Origin: Hamiltosporidium tvaerminnensis FI-OER-3-3
Lineage: Eukaryota; Fungi; Microsporidia
DNA length: 64,000 nt
Direction: 5' to 3'
Assembly (NCBI GenBank): GCA_022605425.2
Contig: CM061247.1
Location: 744,001-808,000 of the forward strand
Shown here piece by piece: positions 48,707 through 58,820 of the stretch. Below the pieces are notes generated by a model. It was given only the letters and a program-made list of their open reading frames with translations, did no database searches and was not told the DNA's origin. The first letter of the stretch is position 1. Each line of letters starts with the position of its first letter. The position numbers and the translations under genes were made by a program.

Positions 48707-51700
48707 ATGGGTAGAAGAAAAAAAGTTGACAGCGAAAATATAAAAAATGATGAAATAAATGCTGTAAACAACTCGGAAATTTGTTTTAAAGAGATAAAAA
48801 CGTGTGATAGAGATGTAGTAACTATATCCGAGACGCTTCCACCACAACCGACCATCTATAATAACACCCACTCCCCATCGAGCAATACGCTTCAGGCTAC
48901 TCCAATCAACCTGCTCGATTCCGCACTCGCTTCTTCCTGTCCCGATCCGTCTGCGCGTAGACCAGCCAACACAATGGAAAACCTCAATGCCCCTGTCATT
49001 CCAGAAGTAAATCGACTGATGGTATTGCATTCAATACTTGACTCTGTCACAGCCGTAGAGCAGGAATGGCCTAGATCTGCTATTTCAGCAGTGCAAAAAA
49101 GGTTTGAGAGAATGCCTAGAAATGGCTGGTCTGCAATTCTTAGGTACTATAATGGGAAATTTGGTCGAACTGTTGATATCGATGTGTTAAAAAAATTAAT
49201 ACATAATGAGGCAGAAAGAGAAATAAGGCAAGAAGAGAATGGAGAGCGACGTAGAATCGCCACTTGTCTCGCCGAGCCCTGTTCTTTAACCGACACTACA
49301 CTCTATATGAACCCGAGAGAAAAGTTCTTGTTCAAAATCAAGGAACTCTCGGAGAAGGAAATCGGAGATTTAGTGGTCCGAACCAGAAAACTTCCAAGTG
49401 AATTGGTTGATAGTAAAGTTTTGGAACTCATAAATCGGATCACAGGTGAATATGCTGAATCTCATGTGCCTAAGAATGTTAGTGATGCAGCTCGAATCAT
49501 CCAGGCGGCCCAGGTATGTTATGACGAGGAAACACGTAAGGAGAAACCTAGATCCGCTTGGAAGGAAAACATAGAATGTAAAATTTCTAAGTTAGTACTT
49601 TCCAAAGATCTCCTCGAGAAGGCTCGCAAGCAGAAAAGCTCTCTACTTCGGAAACGAAAAGTCACAGAAAAATTATGCGAGAGTTTAATTTAGACTTATG
49701 CAAAATAAATGATCTCTCTAAGGCTTTGGTTAAAAAGAATGAGGCTTTGAATGTGTACGAAAAAAATTACGATGTATGAAAGTAGGAGAAAATTTCGAAA
49801 AGAGAATCGTATGTTTGAGTTATTCCGAGGTCGATTCTATCGAGGGTTATCTGAGCGCGTTGAATCCGAGCATGTGGTTTACCGTGACGAAATCTCAGAA
49901 TTTTGGTCTACATTGTTGAATAAAAATGATAAAGTAGTTACATATGATGAGTATTTGAAACCTTTCGTGTCAGATACGCACCAGACCACGTTTCCTTTAC
50001 TTGAAGAGTTTATAGATATCATCAATTGGCTGCCTAACTGGAAAGCCGCTGGAATTGATTGTATTTATAACTTTTACATCAAGAAACTTACGAGCCTTCA
50101 TAAATATCTCTACGATATTGTGAAAGCCATATGTTTAGAAGGAACGCCTCAAGCCGATTGGTATTATCGTGGACTTACTTATCTGATACCTAAAGGTACA
50201 CCAAAGAGACTGGCTTTGATTACAGGCCAATAACCTGTATGTCAAATCTGTATAAACTAACTACAAAATGTGTTACTAAAGTGGTACAGATTGAGGTGGA
50301 AAGACGAGGATTACTTTCAGAAAATCAGTTGGGAGCAGTCGAGGAGTGCAAGGAGCGAAAGAACAGGCCTTATTGAATATTGCCATTAATAAAGAGTACG
50401 GAAACAATCTTAAGGCAACATGGATTGATGTTAAAAAAGCTTATGATTCAATAGACAACGCTTATTTAACTCAATGCATTGAAAACCTTAATTTACCTGA
50501 TTGGATCCTGAAATTTATTAAGGTAATTATATCAAAATGGAAAATTGATATATCAATAGGGCCTGAAAAAATCATGAGCAAGAAGATTGATAGAGGGATT
50601 CTGCAAGGAGATAGTTTGTCACCATTATTGTTTGTGTTGTGTATGGATCCATTGAACCGAAAGCTTAATGAGAAATGCACAAAGGTGACAATAAAGACAG
50701 ATGCAGAATCCCACGCGACTAATCATCTCTTGTTTATTGATGATCTTAAGCTCATTGCCGAAGATGGACAAACATTGGAAGAAATGACGGAGGAGGTTAA
50801 AAAGTTTATGAATAATACAGGATTGGAAATTAACAAAGAGAAGTCAGCCACTAATGATCCATGTTGTGAAGATACTGCTACTCTTCTTGAAGGAATAGGT
50901 GTTTATAAATACCTTGGAATTATAGAAGATAGCAGAGGAATTCCAACAAGTAAGTCGTTTGAGGAAGTACAGACCAAACTTATAGCACGAGTAGAAAGAC
51001 TTTGTCGCACGAGATTAAATGCAAGAAATTTATTTCAAGCCATTAATCAACATGCAATTTCTTTACTAAACTATCATATAGGTGTACTCCGACTTGAACC
51101 GGCTGACTTCTCTAAGTTAGATGATGCGGTGCGTGCAGTGTTAGTAAAGAACAAAATACATCTACGCCCAGGATGCAAAGAACGTCTATACCTTCCACGT
51201 AAAGAACTTGGAAGAGGTTTACATAGTGTCGAGTTCAAAAGCGAACATATGCTTTTGCAACTCTTGGATTGTCTGGAAAAACATAAAGATACATCGACCA
51301 GAAGAGCAGCAATCCTAAAGGTTGAGAATAATAATAAAACCCACCTTTCACTAATTAAAAACTTTTTAAAAATAAAATACGGGTTGGAAGAGGAAGTCAC
51401 AAAAAAGAAATTGGAAGAAGCTCAACTAGCTAACCTATATAACGAAATCAAAAGCCGAAAACTACATTCAAAGTTATATAGCGCTAGAAACAACGAGCTG
51501 GTAAGTGTAAATGACTCCTCAAGATGGTTAAAGAAAGGAAGTGTAAGACCACGTGATGAAGCAGTGTTCTGTTATATCCAGGATAGAAATGTATTCTGGG
51601 GTGCAGATGGTGTGTGTCAACATTGCGGGAAGTCTGGTAAGACTGTAGATCATCTAGCAACTAGATGTGAAAAAATGCTAGGCCATGATTACACTAGACG

Positions 51701-52489
51701 GCATAATGAAGTGGTACGATGTATACATTTACTCTTGCTGAATAAATATAAGTTTAAGTCTTCGAAACGAATTAGAAGCCACTCAGTTCAAGAAATTCTT
51801 GATAATGAGTATGCAGAGATAAGAGTGGACACCAGAATAAAAACTGATGTCAAGATTCGGTGTAACAGACCAGATATATTTATTTTAGACAAGAGACAGA
51901 ATAGGATAACCCTCATTGAAGTAGGAATCACATCCCAAGACTCTCTTCAAATAGTTGAAACAGAGAAGCTTAGGAAGTATGACCTATTAGCAAATGAGTT
52001 AGGTCTTATTTATAAGTGTAGTGTTGAGATAATTCCTTATGTGATGACCTGGGACGGTATTGTGACAAAATACCATAAGACGTATGTTAAGAGACTGCAA
52101 ATACCCATGAATGTAGAGGCATATATACAATCCATAGTACTCAAGAAGACAGTCGAAACAATTTCTTTTGATCGACGAAGAGGACTTGAGTCTGGACCAA
52201 ATGCCGAGGAGAGCTGGGAGAGAGCATCATTAAGTGTTATCTTAGGAGCTGAGATGCATAAACAACCAATACCCCCTTTAAAGCAAGTAGACAACGAGGA
52301 AGATGATGTTAAAACGGAAAATACAAAAAATATTTTACCCCTTATTTTGGATGGCATAGCCACAGCAAAGGAACCAACAACTAATACAAATGAAGAGTTG
52401 GAGTTGGAGGAAGAGATAGAAGTGGTTGAAATGGTGGAAAGAATTATTTAAAAAGAAAAATTTGTTAACCCAGAATTTTATTAAATAAA
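48707..52489 (+). mobile_element. R4/Dong-like retrotransposon E3, subfamily B, full length, a few frameshifts
   Basis: ORFs of 328, 160 and 701 aa tile one ancestral RT-RLE ORF from MGRRKK to VEMVERII; same terminal motif. Confidence 0.95.
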
Positions 52490-52508
52490 ATTACAAAATA
52501 AAATAAAG

Positions 52509-55500
52509 TTTATTTAATAAAATTCTGGGTTAAAATATTTTTAACATTTTTATATGTTTTCTTCTACCTCTTAAACCACTATTGTCTCTTCTTCCAAATC
52601 CGACTCTTCATTTATGTTATTGGTCGGTTCCTCTAAAGTGGTTCCTCCTTGTGAAATAAGGGGTGCTTTATTTTTTAGTTTAAAATTTTTTTCACCATCT
52701 TCCTCTCTCTTCTCTTCTTTTAAAGAGGGTGTCGGTTCCTAATGCATCTCTGCTCTCATAATAACACCCATTGACGCTCTCTCCCAGCTCTCTTCGGCAT
52801 TTAGTCCTGACTCAAGTCCTCTTCGTCGATCAAAGGAAATTGTTTCGACTGTCTTCTTAAGTACTATAGACTGAATGTATGCCTCTACATTCATGGGTAT
52901 TTCTAGTCTTTTAAAATGAGATTTATGGTATTTTGTCACAATACCGTCCCAGGTCATCACATAAGGGATTATCTCAACACAAAACTTAAAAATAAGACCT
53001 AGCTCATTGGCTAGCAGGTCATACTTCCTAAGTTTTTCAGTTTCAACTATTTGAAGTGAATCTTGGGAAGTGATTCCTACTTCAATGAGTGTTATCTTAT
53101 TCTTCTTCTTATCTAAAATAAATATGTCGGGTCTGTTATTCCGAATTTTAACATCAGTTTTTAATCTGGTGTCCACTCTTATCTCTGCATACTCATTATC
53201 AAGAATTTCTTGAACTGAGTGACTCCTAATTCGTTTTGAAGACTTAAACCTATATCTATTTAGGAGAAGTAAGTGTAGGCATCTAATCACTTCATTATGC
53301 CGTCTAGTGTAATCATGGCCTAGCATTTTTTCACATCTAGTTGCTAGATGATCCACAGTCTTACCAGACTTCCCGCAATGTTGACACACACCATCTGCTC
53401 CCCAGAATACATTTCTATCCTGGATATAGCAGAACACAGCTTCATTTCGTGGCCTAATATTTCCTCTCTTTAGCCATCTTGAAGAGTCACTAACACTTAC
53501 AAGCTCATTTTTCCTTGCATTATATAACTCTGAATGGAGTTTTCGTTTTTCTATTTCGTTATATAGTTTTGCAAGTTGAGCTTCGTCTAAACTTTTCTTA
53601 GTGACTTCTTCTACCAACCTGTACTTTACTTTTAAGAAGCCTTTTATTAGTGCAAGATGGGATTTATTATTATTCTCCACCTTGAGGATTGCTGCTCGTC
53701 TAGTTGATATTTCTTTACTTTTTTCCAGACAATCCAAGAGTTGCAGAAGCATATGTTCGCTTCGCAACTCAACACTATGTAGGCCTCTTCCAAGTTCTGT
53801 TCTAGGAAGATACAACCGCTCTTTACATCCTGGGCGGAGATGTATCTTATTTTTAACCAACACCGCACGCACTGCATCATCTAACTTAGAGAAGTCAGCC
53901 GGTTCAAGTCGAAGTACTCCTATGTGGTAGTTGATTAACGATATCGCATGTTGATTGATTGCAGAAAATAAATTTTTTGCATTTAATCTAGTGTGACAAA
54001 GTCTTTCAACTCTTGATATAAGTTTGCTCTGTACTTCTTCAAATGAGCTACGTGTTGGGATTCCTCTGCTATCTTCTATTATTCCTAAATATTTGTAAAC
54101 ACTAACACCTTCTAGAAGAGTAGCAGTATCTTCACAACACGTATCATTTGTGGCTGACTTCTCTTTGTTAATCTCTAAGCCAATCACCTCTAAAAATTCC
54201 TTTGCCTCGCCTGTCATAGCACTCAATGTGGAGCTGTCTTTTGCAAGGAGCTTAAGATCATCAATAAACAAGAGATGATTAGTAGAATGGGATTCTGCAT
54301 CTGTTTGTACTGTCACTTTTGTGTATTTTTCATTAAGCTTTCGGCTTAATGGATCCATACACAACACAAATAACAAAGGTGACAGACTATCTCCTTGTAG
54401 AATTCCTCTATCAATCTTCTTGCTCATGATTTTTTCAGGCCCTACTGATATATCAATTTTCCATTTTGATATAATTACCTTAATAAATTTCAGGATCCAA
54501 TCAGGTAAATTAAGGTTTTCAATGCATTGAGTTAAATAAGCATGATCTATTGAATCATAAGCTTTTTTAACATCAATCCATGTTGCCTTAAGATTATTTC
54601 CATACTCTTTATTTAAGGCAATATTCAGTAGAGCCTGCTCTTTCGCTCCCTGCACACCTCTTACCGCCCCTAGTTGGTTCTCTGCAAGCAACCCTCGCCT
54701 TTCCACTTCAAGTTGAACGACTTTCGTTACACACTTTGTCGTTAACTTATAGAGGTTGGACATACAAGTGATTGGCCTGTAGTCAGAGCCTCTTCGTGGA
54801 ATTCCTTTCGGTATCAAATACGTAAGCCCGCAGTAAAACCAATCAGCTTGAGGTGTTCCTTCTAAACATATAACTTTCACAATATCATAAAGATATTTGT
54901 GAAGAGTTGTAAGTTTCTTAATGAAAAAATTGTAAATACCATCAATTCCAGCAGCTTTCCAATTAGGGAGCCAATTAATGATATTCACAAATTCATCAAG
55001 TGAAGGAAACGTGGTCGGATGATTATCTGATACAAATGGAATCAAATAATCATCGTACGTGACTGTGTCATCATTTTTGTTCCACATTGTAGACCAAAAA
55101 CTCACAATTTCATCACGGCTAACCACATGCTCGGATTCCACACGCTCGGATAACCCACGATAAAATCGACCTCGGAAAAGCTCAAACATACGATTCTCTT
55201 TTCGGAATTGCTTCCTACTTTCATGCATCGTAATTTTTTTCTCGTAAACATTCAAAGACTCATTCTTCTTAACTAAAGCCTCAGAAAGATCAGTTACACT
55301 GCTCAAGTTTAAATTAAACTCTCGCATGATTTTCTTAAGGCTCTTCGTTTCCGAAGTGGAGAGCTTTTCCTGCTTACGAGCTTTCTCGAGAAGATCTTTG
55401 GGAAGTACTAACTTAGAAATTTTACTTTCTATGTTTTCCTTCCAAGCGGATCTAGGCTTCTCTTTACGTGTTGCCTCGTCATAGCATACCTGCGCAGCTT

Positions 55501-56311
55501 GCATGATATACGCGGCTTCCGTAATTGACTCAGGTACATGAGCTCCTGCATATTCACCGACTACTCGATTTATGAGATCCAGAACTTTACTATCAACCAA
55601 TTCATTTGGATGTTTTCTAGTTCGGACCACCACTTTTCCAATTTCGTTCTCAGAGATTTCTTTGATTTTACTCAAGAATTTATCTCTCAGGTTTATGTAC
55701 TCCGTGGTGTCGGTCAAGGTGCATGTATCAGCGAGACAAGTGGCGATTCTACGTCGCTCTCCATTCTCTTCTGATTTTACATCCTTTCCCATCTCACTTT
55801 GTGCCAATTTTTTTAACACTTCGAGAGTTTCAGTGCAGCCGAATTTCTCATTATAGTATCTGTGAAGCTCTGTCCAGCCATTTCTTGGCATTCTTTCAAA
55901 CCTTGTCTGTACTGCAAAAAAAACAATTCGAGGCCATTCCTTCGGGTCGGCTGTTACGGAATCGAATATCGTCCGCAATGCCATTAGCCTGTTACCTTCC
56001 GGAATAGCTAGAGTACAGGGGCTTGTCATGTCGTACGATGGCTCGCACGCAGAGACTTCAACCGAAGAGGGAACTGGTGCATTAGGCGAAGGTAAGGTGT
56101 CAAGCCCACTATTTTGCATTTTACTGCATGTTTGGCTTGGTGGTGGAGGTGTTATTGTTGTGTAGGAGGAGGAAGGTAGGGGAATCGCCGGTGGGTGTAG
56201 CTTACATTTTTGTATCTCACTATCACTCTTTTTCACCTCATCAGCGTCGTTTGCAGCCTTTATTTTGGTATTATTCGATATTTCGCTGCTAACATTTTTC
56301 TTTTTACCCAT
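52509..56311 (-). mobile_element. R4/Dong-like retrotransposon E4, subfamily A, full length
   Basis: 1190-aa ORF plus a tail to 52550; terminal motif at 52509-52533. Confidence 0.96.
52739..56311 (-). CDS. Reverse transcriptase / CCHC knuckle / restriction-like endonuclease polyprotein
   Basis: KAAGIDG, YRPITC, DVKKAYDS, QGDSLSP, FIDD, YKYLG, CQHC..H....C, RHN, PDI..IEVG..K..KY. Ends at a premature TAG (GAG in E2 and E5); the acidic tail continues to 52550 with one more TAA. Confidence 0.93.
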   Translation of the reverse strand: MGKKKNVSSEISNNTKIKAANDADEVKKSDSEIQKCKLHPPAIPLPSSSYTTITPPPPSQTCSKMQNSGLDTLPSPNAPVPSSVEVSACEPSYDMTSPCTLAIPEGNRLMALRTIFDSVTADPKEWPRIVFFAVQTRFERMPRNGWTELHRYYNEKFGCTETLEVLKKLAQSEMGKDVKSEENGERRRIATCLADTCTLTDTTEYINLRDKFLSKIKEISENEIGKVVVRTRKHPNELVDSKVLDLINRVVGEYAGAHVPESITEAAYIMQAAQVCYDEATRKEKPRSAWKENIESKISKLVLPKDLLEKARKQEKLSTSETKSLKKIMREFNLNLSSVTDLSEALVKKNESLNVYEKKITMHESRKQFRKENRMFELFRGRFYRGLSERVESEHVVSRDEIVSFWSTMWNKNDDTVTYDDYLIPFVSDNHPTTFPSLDEFVNIINWLPNWKAAGIDGIYNFFIKKLTTLHKYLYDIVKVICLEGTPQADWFYCGLTYLIPKGIPRRGSDYRPITCMSNLYKLTTKCVTKVVQLEVERRGLLAENQLGAVRGVQGAKEQALLNIALNKEYGNNLKATWIDVKKAYDSIDHAYLTQCIENLNLPDWILKFIKVIISKWKIDISVGPEKIMSKKIDRGILQGDSLSPLLFVLCMDPLSRKLNEKYTKVTVQTDAESHSTNHLLFIDDLKLLAKDSSTLSAMTGEAKEFLEVIGLEINKEKSATNDTCCEDTATLLEGVSVYKYLGIIEDSRGIPTRSSFEEVQSKLISRVERLCHTRLNAKNLFSAINQHAISLINYHIGVLRLEPADFSKLDDAVRAVLVKNKIHLRPGCKERLYLPRTELGRGLHSVELRSEHMLLQLLDCLEKSKEISTRRAAILKVENNNKSHLALIKGFLKVKYRLVEEVTKKSLDEAQLAKLYNEIEKRKLHSELYNARKNELVSVSDSSRWLKRGNIRPRNEAVFCYIQDRNVFWGADGVCQHCGKSGKTVDHLATRCEKMLGHDYTRRHNEVIRCLHLLLLNRYRFKSSKRIRSHSVQEILDNEYAEIRVDTRLKTDVKIRNNRPDIFILDKKKNKITLIEVGITSQDSLQIVETEKLRKYDLLANELGLIFKFCVEIIPYVMTWDGIVTKYHKSHFKRLEIPMNVEAYIQSIVLKKTVETISFDRRRGLESGLNAEESWERASMGVIMRAEMH

Positions 56312-56541
56312 CTTATATATTATTATAAAATATTATGAAAAAATATTATAAAATAAAAAGAAAATTTCCAAAAATTATTTTAAAAGCAACATAATCTTAC
56401 TATTATCAATTAATTATTTTTATATAAAATTATTTGGTGTATAGATACAGTCTATATTCCACAAATATATTTAAAAAAATTGAATTTAAATAATAATAAT
56501 AAATTAAATATTCAAAAGTAATTATTATTTCATTAAATTGT

Positions 56542-56900
56542 AGCATTTGAATCTTTTATAATTTCTTTATTTAATTTTAAATTAATATTCAAAATTTTAC
56601 ATTAAATCTTTAGATATCAAATTAAAAGCATTTGAATCTTTTAAAAATTTCTTTATTTAATTTTAAATTAATATTCAGAATTTTACATTAAATCTTTAGA
56701 TATCAAATTAAAAGCATTTGAATCTTTTAAAAATTTCTTTATTTAATTTTAAATTAATATTCAGAATTTTACATTAAATCTTTAGATATCAAATTAAAAG
56801 CATTTGAATCTTTTAAAAATTTCTTTATTTAATTTTAAATTAATATTCAGAATTTTACATTAAATCTTTAGATATCAAATTAAAAGCATTCGAATCTTTA
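56542..56900. repeat. Tandem repeat, 86-bp unit, ~4.2 copies
   Basis: gcatt at 56543, 56628, 56714, 56800, 56886. Confidence 0.92.
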
Positions 56901-56968
56901 GATATCTAATTAAAAAATAATTAAGAGTTTTATAATGAAATATTTTTTACAAAATTCATTCTACAATC

Positions 56969-57112
56969 TTACAAAAATAAAATAATAAATTCTTTAGATC
57001 ACATTTAGGATTTATATTAGAATTATTTTTTAAATTATTTCATTTTACAAAAATAAAGTAAAAATTCTTTAGATCACATTTATGATTTATATTAGAATTA
57101 TTTTCTAAATTA
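56969..57112. repeat. Tandem duplication, ~75-bp unit x2
   Basis: ttacaaaaataaa...aattctttagatcacattta.gatttatattagaattatttt repeated. Confidence 0.85.
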
Positions 57113-57690
57113 ACTATAAAATAAACTAACATTTCCAACTTAAATTAACTTTTTTTTAAAAAAATACGATTTTAATTTATTTAATACAGAAGATCAAAGA
57201 TAAATAGCTTGTAAAGAAATAAACAGCTTTTCTTTGTAAATTAAAAAAGAAAACAAAATGAAAAAGTAAAATATTTAAAATCTCAGTAGAAGTTGTATAA
57301 CGAAATATAAATTGAAGACTACACCAGTAGATATATAATACTATAAATAATAAGTTATAAGTATTAGTAATTCTTAAAAGTGGAATGAGAAAGAAAACAT
57401 TAAATCAAAACAGTAAAAAGGTACTTTTTTATATAAAATATAGTTTTTTTATTTGAATTAAAAAAAAAACTATCAACACATATGAAGTATTATAATAAGA
57501 CAGTATAATAAAAGACCTTTACAGTTATAAATTGTTAAAGTATTCATCAGAAAACCATATGAAGTATTTTTTTTTGATGCTTTATCTTAATAAATAAATA
57601 TGAATCTAAATCTACAAAAAAAACCCGAACGTTCTTTGTTCAAAAAAATCTTTAAAATCAGACTTGGAATTTAAAAACGAACATCATCTT

Positions 57691-57926
57691 TAAAAACCGA
57701 TATAAAAACCGATATAAAAACTGATATAAAAACTGATATAAAAACCGATATAAAAACCGATATAAAAACTGATATAAAAACCGATATAAAAACCGATATA
57801 AAAACCGATATAAAAACCGATATAAAAACCGATATAAAAACTGATATAAAAACCGATATAAAAACCGATATAAAAACCGATATAAAAACTGATATAAAAA
57901 CCGATATAAAAACTGATATAAAAACT
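57691..57926. repeat. 12-bp minisatellite TAAAAACYGATA, 19 full units
   Basis: Perfect period with a single C/T variable site. Confidence 0.97.
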
Positions 57927-58080
57927 TAGAAAGATTATAACTCAATATATTTATTTTAGATAAAAAAAATATATAAGATTACATCTCTGATGTCTTAATT
58001 ACTTTAAGAGATTTAAATCTAATATTTGAAACAAAAAAAATAAGAAAAAATTAAATGTAAGACAACTTGTTTAAATCCAA

Positions 58081-58225
58081 AACCTCATCTTCTAAATACC
58101 ACTTGAAATACAAATAAACCTAATCTTCTAAATACCACTTAAAATACAAATAAGCCTCATCTTCTAAATACCACTTAAAATACAAATAAGCCTCATCTTC
58201 TAAATACCACTTAAAATACAAATAA
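58081..58225. repeat. Tandem repeat, 36-bp unit, ~4 copies
   Basis: a[a/g]cct[c/a]atcttctaaataccactt[g/a]aaatacaaata. Confidence 0.9.
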
Positions 58226-58256
58226 ACCTAATCTTCTAAATACAATAACACTTACC

Positions 58257-58387
58257 ATAATCAACTCACACATAATTTTAAAAATAAAAGAATAGATACA
58301 TTCAATGGTATTTAAACGATAATCAACTCACACATAATTTTTTAAAAATAAAAAAATAAATACATTCAATGGTATTTAAACGATAAT
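58257..58387. repeat. Tandem duplication, ~62-bp unit x2
   Basis: ataatcaactcacacataatttt...tacattcaatggtatttaaacg repeated. Confidence 0.85.
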
Positions 58388-58584
58388 ATTTTTTTTAACT
58401 GATATATTCTAATGTAAGTAAGAATGAGTACTTAGATGTGTAATACAGAAAAGCTAAAAAGAAATTAAAATTAAAAATTATATAAAGCAATAATTAAGAA
58501 TTAAAAGATAAGTAAATAACGTAAAGTATTTTATCTCACAATTTTAATCAAAAAATTAAAAAAAAATATTTCTAATTTAAGTTG

Positions 58585-58820
58585 AATCAACATCTTAAGA
58601 TTTATTTACAGGACTGTGAACAGAGACCATAAAAAATTAAAAAAAATTAAAAAAACTTTAAAATTTTAACATTTACAGAACTGTGAACAGAGACCATAAA
58701 AATTAAAAAAACTTTTATTAATTCAAAATCTTAAGCTTTTAACATTTACAGAACTGTGAACAGAGACCATAAAAACTTAAAAAAACTTTTATTAATTCAA
58801 CATCTTAAGCTTTTAACATT
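58585..58820. repeat. Tandem repeat (~70-bp unit x3) that overlaps the SMC4 stop codon
   Basis: actgtgaacagagaccataaaaa x3; atcttaagcttttaacatt present in both the repeat and the last codons of SMC4. Confidence 0.85.

Noticed and set aside
47278-54530. Recurrent antisense and alternative-frame ORFs within the retrotransposon copies
   Set aside because: They recur only because the copies are near identical; shadows of the RT frame with no independent coding signal.
57658-57945. 95-aa ORF of YRFL/YQFL repeats; possible CRISPR or telomeric array
   Set aside because: By-product of the 12-bp minisatellite; TTG start, no spacers, not a TTAGG(G)-type repeat.
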